NCBI GenBank assembly: GCA_963765125.1
Contig: CAVXUZ010000005.1
Location: 97,596 to 161,595, forward strand
Source: an uncultured candidate division WWE3 bacterium
GTDB lineage: Bacteria > Patescibacteriota > WWE3 > UBA101185 > UBA10185
Direction of reading: 5' to 3'
DNA: 64,000 nt
The notes under the pieces were generated by a model. That model did not search any database. It was not told the DNA's origin and saw nothing but the letters and a program-made list of their open reading frames with translations. The position numbers were made by a program, and so were the translations under genes. Positions 20,201-30,288 of the stretch are shown here, piece by piece (the first letter of the stretch is position 1; every line of letters begins with the position of its first letter).

Positions 20201-21700
20201 CTACTGGTTGATGATTTTTAGTGCCTCTATAGATGGTTCGTGTCTAGGATTAATTTCTAAAGCTTTATTAAAATACTCGCGTGCTTTTTCGATATTTCCA
20301 AGCGCTTGCTCTATCGTGCCAAGCTTGTATAAAGTCAAATAATTATTTGGCGTTATTCTATAGACGGCTTCGATATATTTTTTTGCTTCTGCGTAGTTGC
20401 CAACTTCTGCGTAAAGTGAGCCAATATTATGTACTGCCTCATATGAATTTGGATTTAATCTCAAAGCTGTTTGATAACTTTCTAAGGATTTTTCTAAATT
20501 TCCTGTTTGGTGATACAAAACCCCGAGGTTAACGTAACCCTTGTAGTTATTTTTTGAAGTTCTTGTTGTGGCTAAAAGAAGACTTTCGTCACCTTTCCAA
20601 TCAAAAGTCCTTATAAAAGTACGAGTTGCAAAAATAAAGAATATAAAAATAAAAAGCGGAATGAGTAGATTTTGTTTTTTAAATTTTTCTTCTAACTTTA
20701 TAAAAGTCAAAATAAAAAAGAGAGACATAAACGCTGATGATAAATAAAAATATCTTTCAGAAGCGTCGGCGCCTACATCAAATGGGAGTAATAGCGGTAA
20801 GACACTGAGATACGCGCAGAGAAAAAGCGTGAATAATTTCTTTTCGTGTTTGTAGAGAAAGTAAAAAAGAAAAAGTAGTGTAGCTATCGCAATCGTTATT
20901 AAAAAGTAAGTTGCAGTATTTAGAATGATTGGGTTAGGAAAGATGTATAGATTAAAAGGAAAGAATGAAAGGTTTAGCGAGCGCTGAATTATCATACCCT
21001 TAAGTACAAAGAAACTTGGTCTGACGATACTAGACGCCATACCCTCAAGAGCCTCAGCTCTAGACCGCATTATGATTGGAATAATTGTGAGTGCAAAAAT
21101 AACAAAAGGAAGTAAATAAAGACTATATATTTTTATACTCTTAAGATTTATACGATTTTTAAAATAAAATAAATCAATAGCGATAACGATGAGTAATGTG
21201 GTAACTGCCCATGGTGTTTGCACAAATGCCAGATAGAGAACGAATGTAATTACAGAAAACACGAGCCATTTTTTATATTTACTTTGCCTGTAATTAATAA
21301 ATAAATAAATTGTGAGTAAAGAAAAAAATCCATAAAGAAGATACAAAGAACCGGAAATCCATGAAACTGTTTCTGTGGTCACTGGATGCACTGCAAAAAG
21401 AACTGCGGACATAATTGCATACTTATTATCAATTAGTTTCTTCGCTATTAAATACAGAATAAAAGAATTTAATGCGTGAAAAAGTAGAGAAAAGATATGA
21501 AAGATTTGGTTGCTCATACCAAAGAATTTAAAAACCAATGCTTTATAAATTGTGAAAAGATTTAGAGTTGCTAAAGACGCGCTTAGATTTTTTACTTGCG
21601 AGTCATTTATAAAACCTTCTAGATCATCATAAAAGAGAAAATCACCATTTAAGCTATTTCCAAAGATTAGAAAGATCGTAAATAAATAAGAATGAAGCAA
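20201..21700 (-). CDS. Polytopic membrane protein with C-terminal TPR repeats (glycosyltransferase-39/ArnT-like architecture)
   Basis: 499 aa; about 11 TM segments, then TPR-like repeats (YKGYVNLGVLYHQTGNLEKSLESYQTALRLNPN...). Confidence 0.5.
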   Translation of the reverse strand: MLHSYLFTIFLIFGNSLNGDFLFYDDLEGFINDSQVKNLSASLATLNLFTIYKALVFKFFGMSNQIFHIFSLLFHALNSFILYLIAKKLIDNKYAIMSAVLFAVHPVTTETVSWISGSLYLLYGFFSLLTIYLFINYRQSKYKKWLVFSVITFVLYLAFVQTPWAVTTLLIVIAIDLFYFKNRINLKSIKIYSLYLLPFVIFALTIIPIIMRSRAEALEGMASSIVRPSFFVLKGMIIQRSLNLSFFPFNLYIFPNPIILNTATYFLITIAIATLLFLFYFLYKHEKKLFTLFLCAYLSVLPLLLPFDVGADASERYFYLSSAFMSLFFILTFIKLEEKFKKQNLLIPLFIFIFFIFATRTFIRTFDWKGDESLLLATTRTSKNNYKGYVNLGVLYHQTGNLEKSLESYQTALRLNPNSYEAVHNIGSLYAEVGNYAEAKKYIEAVYRITPNNYLTLYKLGTIEQALGNIEKAREYFNKALEINPRHEPSIEALKIINQ

Positions 21701-21785
21701 GAATATTGTGTTGGATTAACTTTTTTAGAACCATTCTATTTTCTATTATTGCACACTAATAAGTTGAAAAATTACTATACTTACA

Positions 21786-22145
21786 TGCAACGTGGGAAGA
21801 CCTATACCCTGGCAGTATTTGACACCCAGACGCAGGTACTGGGGTTTCCTCAGATTCTTTTAGGTGAAGGATATTGCACTCCCCTTGGAGAACTAAAAAA
21901 AGATATAAAAAGTGCAATAAAAGGGAAATTTGCTTTAGAGGAACAATACCATTCATACCAAGCAGCTTGTTGATCATGCGTGGCAAGGTTCTGGATTGGG
22001 CAATCAGAATGCATACAGAGCACCAGCTCAGGCAGTTGAATGCTTTTGGACAACTTGTGTAAAAGTTGGAAATGGCGAGCTGACGGCTGAGGAAGGTTTT
22101 GCGTTTTTTGTTGAAATGTGGAATAGGTATTGGGTTGCCCCATAA
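21786..22145 (+). pseudogene. Hypothetical ~120-aa protein interrupted by a +1 frameshift near 21970
   Basis: The frame of ORF 21692-21973 (MQRGKTYTLAVFD...) continues in the +1 frame as ...HAWQGSGLGNQNAYRAPAQAVECFWTTCVKVGNGELTAEEGFAFFVEMWNRYWVAP*, with no start codon of its own. Confidence 0.35.
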
Positions 22146-22159
22146 TATCCACAAAGTAA

Positions 22160-22619
22160 ACGGAGCTAAATAAGTTAGATTATCTAACCGCTCCTGAAGA
22201 ATATACGCAAGACTTCATAAAATTCTTATGCGTAAAATGATTTCTCATAGGAGGTATTTGTTGACAATATTGTCGCAGATGCCTCCTGTTTTTTTGTAGG
22301 GTATTTATAGAAGGCTTTATTTATAACTATTTTTTCTTCAAATAAATTTCAATAATTAACGGTCTTCATCAATCTTGATATTTAAAATACCCTATGTTAA
22401 GGTTGCCTCAGAGCTACTCGCATGAATCGGTGTTGGGAACAAGAGAAAATATACATTGCAGAGGTCCAATAGACCGATCGGTTGTCAGAATTCTGATGAC
22501 TTGAGTTTTGGTGAAAATGTGCGCCACTTTCTGAAGAACAATAGGAGAAGCTCACTGGGGCTATCAAGTGATAACACCGCTTGGTAGCCCTGAACTTTAA
22601 AAATCTAAGGAGAAGGAGA
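22160..22619 (+). ncRNA. Candidate structured non-coding region upstream of the RT (possible retron msr/msd)
   Basis: Non-coding and dense in perfect palindromes/hairpins: GGAGC..GTTAGATtATCTAAC..GCTCC (22172-22205), AGGAGG..GACAATATTGTC..CCTCCT (22250-22288), ACCGATCGGT and TCAGAATTCTGA (22462-22498). Same strand as the RT and immediately upstream of it. Confidence 0.35.
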
Positions 22620-23572
22620 ATGAGTAGAGGAGAAAAACGAGTTATTGAGACTTGGGAATACGCAAGTTTGGCGTGGTTATCAAAAGAGGCCAAAATTAAT
22701 GTTTGGACGTTGAGCGCAGTACTAACTAAATGTCGAACGGAGTCTTTAATTGATCGTCTCTATCGTACGGTAGAAGTACCAAAACACGGTGGTGGTAAGC
22801 GCGTAATATCTGTTCCTGACCCAGACTTACTCAAAGTGCAAAAGGCTATTAATGATCGCATTTTGAAAGAACTGCCTAGACCATCCATGCGCGTTTGGTT
22901 TTTCCGGAGGTAGCATTATTGAAGCTATTAGACCGCACTTGAAAAACAAAGTGTTGTATTCCTTTGATGTAGTAAATGCATTCGGGCAAATAGAACGTCA
23001 ATATCTTCGGTATGCACTTCGTGGACATTCTTTCAAAGATAATTGAAGAAGTACTTTTTGATCTTGCCTTTTGGAAAGGAAATCTTCCACAAGGGTCGGC
23101 AATGAGCCCAAGACTATTTGACCAGGCTTTTTATAAAACTGACACGCGAATTGCACGGCTAGCTAAGAAACTTGGAGGTGTTTACACACGCTACGCAGAC
23201 AACATCTTTTTTTCTTTACCAAGGAACCACTTTCCAGCAAAATTGCAGAGTGCTGCTCTTCGTCGAGTGCGGGCATTGGATGGGTATTTTTTCGATTGCC
23301 ACGAATTTTCAATTCGTAGATTGGACAAAGGCGCGGTTAGAATTTTGGGACTAAACATAATAAACGGAGAGCTAAGCGCTACCCGTGATTATAAGCGCAA
23401 CCTTCGCCTTGCTGTGCATCACGTAAATTACTTGGTTGACAACGAGCTTCCTTATTTCATTGAATGGTCGCGTCTCCAAGGACAAATGGCTTTTGGTGTT
23501 TTAGGTTTCTTACCAAATTCATTAATAGAAGCTTATTCATCATTAGAAGAAAGAATTAGTAACACAAAATAA
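22620..23572 (+). pseudogene. Retron-type reverse transcriptase, degenerate (two +1 frameshifts; YADD replaced by YADN)
   Basis: Frame A 22620-22913 has RT domain 1 (GGGKRVISVPDPDLLKVQKAIN). The +1 frame 22868-23045 has domain 2 (AFGFSGGSII...LYSFDVVNAFGQI). The next +1 frame 23012-23572 has domains 3-7 (LPQGSAMSPRLFD, YTRYADNIFFS, RILGLNI). AAGGAGAAGGAG RBS before the ATG at 22620. Confidence 0.75.
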
Positions 23573-23673
23573 TAACGTCTAGATTTCCCACAAAGGAACC
23601 TGGACGTTTTTTTTTGCAATGTTTCATCGAAATGAATAGTGAGATTGTTTAGTAGCTCTAAAAAACGTATATT

Positions 23674-23708
23674 TAAAAAAACACCCAGAAGTTTTTAAGG
23701 TTTCTGGG
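23674..23708 (-). terminator. Rho-independent terminator for the 23720-24289 gene
   Basis: CCCAGAA-gtttttaagg-TTTCTGGG hairpin plus U7 run on the minus strand. Confidence 0.65.
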
Positions 23709-23719
23709 TGTTCAATGCT

Positions 23720-24289
23720 TCAGACTTCATTTGAAAGTTCAAAATTTCTTTCGAAGTAATCTGCAGGCAACCGATTTTTGAGTATTTCTCCCCGTTCTTG
23801 AAGTGAGAGTTTATACCAATCTGGTACATCAGTTAAATGCCCAATTATACAAATCCACTCCAATCTGTCTTTTTTGTCCAGTGTGCTTGATCCAAATGTG
23901 GTGATTTTGCGAAAAAGGTTGTAAGAACCACCACCTATAGTTTGAAACTCAGGCCAACCTAGCGATGCACCTCCACCATCGGTTATTTGGGGCATGAATT
24001 CGTAGCTAACATCCAGAAGAGTCTGTGCTGGTTTTCCTCCTTTTAGCCACCATTTAATATCCTCTCTTATCTTTTCTTCTTTTTCTGCTCTCTGTTTCTG
24101 TTTTAGTTTCTGTCTCTGTTTTAAATTTAAATAGAGTTTAAAACCTAAAATGAAGACAGCAAAAACAAAAGCGGGTATTAACGAAAAAAGAAAGGAATTT
24201 TCTTTGTATGACGAGTACCCAATTAACACGCAAACTGCGTAAAACAAAGCAACTTCCCAAATGGGACTAAATTCTCTGAGCTTTTTCAT
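23720..24289 (-). CDS. Hypothetical membrane-anchored protein
   Basis: 189 aa with two N-terminal TM helices; convergent with the RT. Confidence 0.45.
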   Translation of the reverse strand: MKKLREFSPIWEVALFYAVCVLIGYSSYKENSFLFSLIPAFVFAVFILGFKLYLNLKQRQKLKQKQRAEKEEKIREDIKWWLKGGKPAQTLLDVSYEFMPQITDGGGASLGWPEFQTIGGGSYNLFRKITTFGSSTLDKKDRLEWICIIGHLTDVPDWYKLSLQERGEILKNRLPADYFERNFELSNEV

Positions 24290-24492
24290 CTCCGACTCCT
24301 CGTGTAGTTTTTGTTTTAACTGTAAGTAAAATTAGGGTTATTATATCAGTAATATTGCTATAAGTCTAATTAACGGTCTGAACCCTTGTAGTTCTAACGG
24401 CAGAGAACGCGCAAATACAATTCTTTCGCTACCGATTGCTTTATAGTAATTCGTACTGTAGTGTCAAATGTTGTTCCAATCAACTACGTTAA

Positions 24493-25017
24493 TTGTTTCG
24501 ATCTAAGTCACATTTAAAAAAACTTGAAAATTCTATAAATGAACTAGCAGTAATTATGTTTACGCACATTGTAAATACTATTGACAAGAGCTATGGAAGC
24601 TCTAATAATAATATTACTATGTTTAATAATGAAAGTTCTTCACAAATACCAGATAGCGCAGATGAGGCTATACATGAGGAAAAAAGTCTAGAAAATAATC
24701 CCGAATCTTTGCAGTTAATTTGTGAAGCTGCAAAAAAATCAGGCAAAGACCTACCTTTATTTTTGCTTGACGTTGGCGCGCAAATGATAAGATACCGAAA
24801 TGATTACGATGAATCTGTAAAAAAAGAAAGAGATCTAGGCGTTGAAAGATACAGACCGGATCCTTCTATTGATCCTAAATTTCAGCAAGAGTTGTTAAGG
24901 AATTCCATAATGACTGTGGAAACTGGCGTGGTTGGACCTAATGATAGCCTCATTGATACATGGGTTGCTTCGATTAAAAAGCTACGCGATGAGGGTAAAC
25001 TGCAGGATAAGCATTAA
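24493..25017 (+). CDS. Hypothetical protein
   Basis: 174 aa; shares a DP.FQ..L.RN.I motif with 25596-26186. Confidence 0.4.
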   Translation: MFRSKSHLKKLENSINELAVIMFTHIVNTIDKSYGSSNNNITMFNNESSSQIPDSADEAIHEEKSLENNPESLQLICEAAKKSGKDLPLFLLDVGAQMIRYRNDYDESVKKERDLGVERYRPDPSIDPKFQQELLRNSIMTVETGVVGPNDSLIDTWVASIKKLRDEGKLQDKH

Positions 25018-25490
25018 GCAAAGCCTTATAACAAGTAAGTAAGTAATTTCTCAGTACTATTTATTAAGTTAACGATTTAACTTGTGTTAGACGCGTGTGG
25101 ATGTTATCCGTGCTTTTTTTCTATTTTTTTGTTATCCAAGTGGATTACTATTTAATTAGTTTGATTACATTTAATAAAACCCTTATAGATTGGCTTTGAC
25201 TTGAAAGTATTAAGATATTCTAAATTGAATAATCATGCTCCATTGCTTCTGTTGTCATAAGTAAATCTGGTAATGTTTCTTCCAATGCCTTTGTGATGGT
25301 AATCCAACCCTTTACTATCCAGTTAACATTGTTTCTAGCGCTATGTAGCAGCAGATTAGGTTATGTCAGTCATTTATTAAACCATCTCAAAGTAATGCAT
25401 CTTTCACAATGCTACCTCTTATTACCTTTAATCGAAGAAGGACCTTACTACTATTTAGTGTTAGTACTTTTGAAATGAGATTTGCTAAAC

Positions 25491-25512
25491 TTGGTTGTGG
25501 TGACAGGACTTG
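25491..25512 (-). repeat. Partial duplicate of the tRNA-Pro 3' end (T-loop to CCA), att-scar-like
   Basis: Minus-sense CAAGTCCTGTCACCacaACCA versus the genuine CAAGTCCTGTCACCccgACCA, 18/21 identical; 700 bp from tRNA-Pro, same orientation. Confidence 0.6.
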
Positions 25513-25595
25513 GTCAAGAGTTTAAGGCCCGTTAATTCACGTTGTTCATAAGTGTAAGTAAGCTCGTGCTCCCTTTTTTTTCGCTGGGTTCAGCC

Positions 25596-26186
25596 CTAAT
25601 TATTTAAGTCTTGTAACAAACAAAAAAGTGTGTTGTCCAAGTTCCGCATTTTACAACAAAATATACTAACTTGATTTTTTAAAGTTTCAAAATAGTCATT
25701 AGACTTTGGGTCCTCGTATTTGTCGTAAGCTTCTTGAATAAGCATTGTCAACTCATGCAACCATGATTCATAGAGTCTAGTATCCATGCTCTTCATAGTA
25801 GGTGAAAGCGCGTTATCTTCAATTTCAGCACTAATTGGTAGGGGAAAACTTTTTGGGTACTTTTGTGATAGATACACGAAAAAATTATCTGCTATGGAAA
25901 GTCTCTCGTCGAGTTTAGGCATTTCGGGCGCGTCTTGAATGGGTACAGGAAAACCCGCACTTTTAAATTCCGATACCTCAATCATATTTCTGGCTAGTTG
26001 TTTTTGAAACTCAGGATCTAATATACTCTGGGTCTCAGTGTTATAGCCGCTCTTTTTAATTTCTTCAGCCCAGTAGCTATTTTGTAGTAATCCCCCATCG
26101 AGCTTCTTGTCCAAGTAATCATAATTTATGGGTTTTTCATTTTCGGTGTGGGTGTCTTCTTGATTATAAGTCTCAAAGTTAAGCAT
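25596..26186 (-). CDS. Hypothetical protein (single gene enclosed between tRNA-Pro and its 3'-end duplicate)
   Basis: 196-aa ORF. Confidence 0.45.
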   Translation of the reverse strand: MLNFETYNQEDTHTENEKPINYDYLDKKLDGGLLQNSYWAEEIKKSGYNTETQSILDPEFQKQLARNMIEVSEFKSAGFPVPIQDAPEMPKLDERLSIADNFFVYLSQKYPKSFPLPISAEIEDNALSPTMKSMDTRLYESWLHELTMLIQEAYDKYEDPKSNDYFETLKNQVSIFCCKMRNLDNTLFCLLQDLNN

Positions 26187-26213
26187 AAAGTGTTTTCTTT
26201 CTACTAATTATTT

Positions 26214-26291
26214 CTGGTCGGGGTGACAGGACTTGAACCTGCGACCTCGCGGTCCCAAACCGCGCGCTCTAGCCAACTGAGCTACACCCCG
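26214..26291 (-). tRNA. tRNA-Pro (anticodon TGG), CCA encoded
   Basis: Manual fold: anticodon stem CGCGG/CCGCG with loop UUUGGGA, T-loop UUCAAGU, acceptor CGGGGUG/CACCCCG. Confidence 0.85.
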
Positions 26292-26336
26292 TAAATTTAA
26301 CAATAAAGTCTACGCCATTTTAGCACAAGAAATGTT

Positions 26337-26633
26337 TTATTTGTTGGTTGGGTTGTACATGTTTTTTCTCGTGATTGCACCTATGCAGATGGTTTGTAGT
26401 TCACCTGTGTTTGTTGTATTTTTGATTTTTATTTCAAGACCACTACATTTGCAGATTTGGTATACCCCGTTTCTAATGGTTGTTTTTTCACAATTTAGTA
26501 TTCCAGACATAATTACTACAAAACTGATGACAACAATCGTTAATACTGTTCCACCAAAAATTATTAACCAATGGTCTTTTAGATATTCTTTTTGGTCTTC
26601 TGTTAAATTAAAGTTGATGCTTCGTATGTTCAT
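26337..26633 (-). CDS. Hypothetical small membrane protein
   Basis: 98 aa; ATGA overlap with the upstream gene. Confidence 0.4.
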   Translation of the reverse strand: MNIRSINFNLTEDQKEYLKDHWLIIFGGTVLTIVVISFVVIMSGILNCEKTTIRNGVYQICKCSGLEIKIKNTTNTGELQTICIGAITRKNMYNPTNK

Positions 26634-27328
26634 AGTTCAGGTATTAACTCACTTAGTATAACGCTAAAAGGTTTTGATTCGTAGACTAATCTCTTGTTAT
26701 TAACTAAATCTACAAGATGAATTTTAATTGTGTATTCGCATTCTTTATCAATACTACACTGTGCAAAATCAACTGCGTCTTCATCAAGATTTCGCGAAAA
26801 CTCTGAAACAACAAAAACGTCATTGTTAAGAAAGTAACCTCTATCGAAATAACAATTAAAGGATGTATTACAATCAACAACTCTAGCATTTATGATTTTA
26901 TCGTCGCGGACTCCATAAAAATGCACTTGGTTTGGTTTGTACCCATCTCTTTCAATGTTTCTATAATCTAAAAATAGTCTTTCGCTTGGTGAAAATACAA
27001 CCTTCTTTAAATTTTTGTGCGCTTCGATATTTTTTAAAAACTCCTCTTCCCTCCCCGGCTCTTCATAAGAAAGAACTGTCATCCACTTTGTATTATAAAT
27101 TTCGTTTTCTTCTTTTAATTCAAAATCGTCTGCGTTAATTTCAGTTAAATCGTTATTTTTTAAGTTTGTAATCCATCTTTGAAAACTGTTATGTTCTTCA
27201 ACTTTTGAGGGGAGTTTTGATCTGTCGATAGAAAATTGTTGGTAGAAATTTATTGCAACGCCGCAAATCACCAAACCAAATAATAAACCAACAATGAGAT
27301 TATCAATTTTAACTTTTTTCATAGGCAA
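26630..27328 (-). CDS. Hypothetical protein with N-terminal TM anchor
   Basis: 232-aa ORF. Confidence 0.45.
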   Translation of the reverse strand: MPMKKVKIDNLIVGLLFGLVICGVAINFYQQFSIDRSKLPSKVEEHNSFQRWITNLKNNDLTEINADDFELKEENEIYNTKWMTVLSYEEPGREEEFLKNIEAHKNLKKVVFSPSERLFLDYRNIERDGYKPNQVHFYGVRDDKIINARVVDCNTSFNCYFDRGYFLNNDVFVVSEFSRNLDEDAVDFAQCSIDKECEYTIKIHLVDLVNNKRLVYESKPFSVILSELIPEL

Positions 27329-27467
27329 TCTTTATTATACAGCGAAGGTTTTATATCTTACTAGCAAGAATAATGCGTGGCGACCAAAACAGGCAATATG
27401 AGCATTTTAGGTTGCTTTTGGACTGAAAGTTCTATATTATGGGCTAACCCCCCGAAAGGAGATACAT

Positions 27468-28103
27468 ATGAAAAGACAAATCGACGAAGGATTTTGCGGT
27501 CCTGCGGTGCTACAGCATTTTCTCAACATTTACGGGCATTCCGTGTCACAGAACAACATTGCCGATATACTAGGCGGGTATAGCAATGTTAAAACGCATG
27601 GTGTAACCACAAATGAGATGGCCGTAGCCTTGAATAGTATCAACCCAGATCTTGTTATTTGGGAGAAAGAAAATTCAACTTGGCGCGACGCTGCAATACT
27701 ACTTAATAAATACAGCGATGAACCAGCCGGAAACGGTGTTGTTATAAATATTCAAGGAATCTACGTTGATGCAGATATGCTAGTACCTGGAGCAGCGGAA
27801 CAGATAAAAATCGTGTCTGACTCGTCTGTGGGTAATGAGCCGGTAAGTGACGCCGATATTATTAAAAGGGCGTTAGAAGAAGATAACGGCCATTTCATCG
27901 TTGTTACAAATATTTATGATAACGGTCAGGTAAGATTTTTAGATCCTTCTTTTAGCTACCCAAGAATTTTAGGTAGAAACACATTAAGTAGACGCTGGTG
28001 GGAGGTTTTTGAGACGCAAATACTTAAAAACGTTATGCTTGTGTTAGTGAAAAAGGGAGATAATTTTCCATCTGAGTTGGGGTTCGTAGAGGTCATCGCC
28101 TAG
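27468..28103 (+). CDS. Hypothetical protein, possible papain-like (C39-like) cysteine peptidase
   Basis: The N-terminal EGFCGPAVLQHFLNIYG resembles the Cys-box of C39/peptidase_C39_2 domains; AAAGGAG RBS. Confidence 0.35.
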   Translation: MKRQIDEGFCGPAVLQHFLNIYGHSVSQNNIADILGGYSNVKTHGVTTNEMAVALNSINPDLVIWEKENSTWRDAAILLNKYSDEPAGNGVVINIQGIYVDADMLVPGAAEQIKIVSDSSVGNEPVSDADIIKRALEEDNGHFIVVTNIYDNGQVRFLDPSFSYPRILGRNTLSRRWWEVFETQILKNVMLVLVKKGDNFPSELGFVEVIA

Positions 28104-28135
28104 GCTGTTACCATCCGCTAAATAGCAGCCTATTT

Positions 28136-29143
28136 TTAGATCGAAACACTTTTAATCATATTTTGCCACTTTTCGTAGGAATTTTTCATTTCATTGATAA
28201 ATCTTTCTTCTTCACCATATTTATTATCAAATCTTTTTAAAAGATCAAGATAAAACAAAATAGATTTCCACTTTGCAATTGTGTAATAGAATAAAAGTGC
28301 AAAATCTACCGTCTTAGGATTTATATTTTTAAACCACTCCGCCTTAATACTTTCGTTAAAAAGTTTTCGATACTCCCCTGCTTTTTCAAATGGTAGAAAA
28401 TCATAAAAAATCGAAACTGCGTCGCTCACATCTTTTAATGGATTTCCATATTTCACATGATCCCAATCTATTAATGAAATAACATTTCTTGATTTATGGT
28501 CGATCAAAATGTTTCTCGGGTTAATATCGTTGTGAATAATTGAGCGAATGTCTAATTTATTAAGCGTACTCTCGTAACCTGTTTTTAAAGATTTATAAAG
28601 ATCTAAAATATCGCTAATTTCTAATATACTATTTTTCTCAAGTAATTCTTTTTCTGTTATCAACTGGTCTAATGTATCTACACCGTTTTTTTGAGTGGTT
28701 TGGCATAGATCAAGATTTTTTAAACTCTCATTAGAAAGTGACGCAGATACATATTCATTTATATGCTCAGCCAAAGTGCTAACAGTGCTTTTTTCGTATT
28801 CGTTTACGTGTGACTGCGCGCCTGAAATATACGTCATTAGGTTCCAGTAATAACCACACTGTTGATGAAAGATTTCTCCTGATTTTGTAAGAATTGGACG
28901 TCGTGCCTCTATACCATTTGCGATTAGAGCGTTACAGACTTTTACCTCATTATCATACCCAGAAATCTGCTCAGGAGTTTTAGCCTTTAAAATATAATTA
29001 TCATCAGCGCATACTAAAAGATAAAGATAGGCAGAACTCCACCCTTGATATTTATCCATATCAATAATTTCATATTCAACAATGTTTGAATTAAAATTAC
29101 TTATTACTGATTCTAGATCTGATTCTGAAATTGGATTGGGCAT
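28136..29143 (-). CDS. APH/choline-kinase-family phosphotransferase
   Basis: HNDINPRNILID (Brenner HxDxxxxN) and IDWDH (D.D) motifs. Confidence 0.65.
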   Translation of the reverse strand: MPNPISESDLESVISNFNSNIVEYEIIDMDKYQGWSSAYLYLLVCADDNYILKAKTPEQISGYDNEVKVCNALIANGIEARRPILTKSGEIFHQQCGYYWNLMTYISGAQSHVNEYEKSTVSTLAEHINEYVSASLSNESLKNLDLCQTTQKNGVDTLDQLITEKELLEKNSILEISDILDLYKSLKTGYESTLNKLDIRSIIHNDINPRNILIDHKSRNVISLIDWDHVKYGNPLKDVSDAVSIFYDFLPFEKAGEYRKLFNESIKAEWFKNINPKTVDFALLFYYTIAKWKSILFYLDLLKRFDNKYGEEERFINEMKNSYEKWQNMIKSVSI

Positions 29144-29180
29144 TATAACTATTATAGACCTTGAAGAAGAAGAAAAAAGA

Positions 29181-29804
29181 CTAATTTAATAATATTTCAA
29201 TGTTTTTGTAAAGTTCATCAACGTAATTACGCACTTTAGGTATATTTTCTATATTTTTTATTTCACGGAATGTTTCTTCCAAGTTATATTTTGGTACACC
29301 GATAGCTTGTAAAAATAAAGATACACTTTCAGTGTCTGGAGTTTTTAACAAATATTTTTTCAGAGTGCTGTGCCATTTAAGAATAATGTTAGGGTCTATA
29401 CCCGACTCTAATTCTTCTTTTACGGGGTCTCCAAAAATATTTATAAAAAAAGTCCAATCGTTAATTTTGTCGTAAAACGAAATATCTTCGAATAGCTTAA
29501 CAGTCTGAAACGCATTGTTACCCTGTTCTAGATATTGATAAATATTATGAGAAAAAAGAAAATCTTCCCTAATGTTGTCAATCAACGCATGCAATTTTAC
29601 ACCTGTAGTAAACGCATTACAATTTGCTAGATCTTCAATGCTGTTCACTTCTGGGTGAGTTTCCTGTCTTCCTATTGGTGCTATGTATCTAATGTCAGGA
29701 AAACTAGTTCCTAAGAAAAAGCATGCTTTGTCCAAGTGACTGAACAGTTTATCGTAAATTTTATTTGCCAAAACTATATGCGTAATTGGTGCCGCCATAA
29801 TCAA
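29181..29804 (-). CDS. Hypothetical protein
   Basis: 207-aa ORF immediately upstream of the kinase. Confidence 0.4.
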   Translation of the reverse strand: MIMAAPITHIVLANKIYDKLFSHLDKACFFLGTSFPDIRYIAPIGRQETHPEVNSIEDLANCNAFTTGVKLHALIDNIREDFLFSHNIYQYLEQGNNAFQTVKLFEDISFYDKINDWTFFINIFGDPVKEELESGIDPNIILKWHSTLKKYLLKTPDTESVSLFLQAIGVPKYNLEETFREIKNIENIPKVRNYVDELYKNIEILLN

Positions 29805-29908
29805 ATTGTAGTAAATCTATCTTAAAAAAAACAGTACTTCGCAAACGTCAATTTTAGAGGCTTTTAGTGCCTTAGAAAAAGCAAATGTGCATACTGTATA
29901 ATTAACAC

Positions 29909-30229
29909 ATGAAATTTAATTTAAGATTTGTATATTTGTATTTAGTCTCATTTATTGGTTTAGTAGTATGCGTTGTTGCGTTGGTTAGCCTTGTTGATTT
30001 GGGTATTAAATCTACATTGTTTAAAGACGCAGATAAGTATGAGTATTACAACCCAGGTGTTGAAGACATCAAATATGACGAAGAATTGGCAAAAAGATCA
30101 GCGGAAGTAGAACAAGCACGATCTAGACAACGCACAGTTTCAAACTCTGTAGCTATGTTATTAGTTGGTGCACCTCTCTATTTATACCACTGGAGAGTAA
30201 TTCAGAGGGAGTTTAAAAAGATTAGTTAG
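29909..30229 (+). CDS. Hypothetical two-TM protein
   Basis: 106-aa ORF. Confidence 0.4.
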   Translation: MKFNLRFVYLYLVSFIGLVVCVVALVSLVDLGIKSTLFKDADKYEYYNPGVEDIKYDEELAKRSAEVEQARSRQRTVSNSVAMLLVGAPLYLYHWRVIQREFKKIS

Positions 30230-30288
30230 TATTTTTATTTGGTGGACTAGAAGCGACGACGTGTTAACTATTTAGGAATTTTAGTACT

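Noticed and set aside
21850-22154. Overlapping 100-132-aa '-' ORFs at 21756-22154
   Set aside because: They are antisense to a better-supported (though frameshifted) '+' coding segment, carry low-complexity sequence and lack an RBS.
22397-22693. 98-aa '-' ORF antisense to the RT upstream region
   Set aside because: It overlaps the RT start and the palindromic non-coding region, with no RBS. This is likely spurious.
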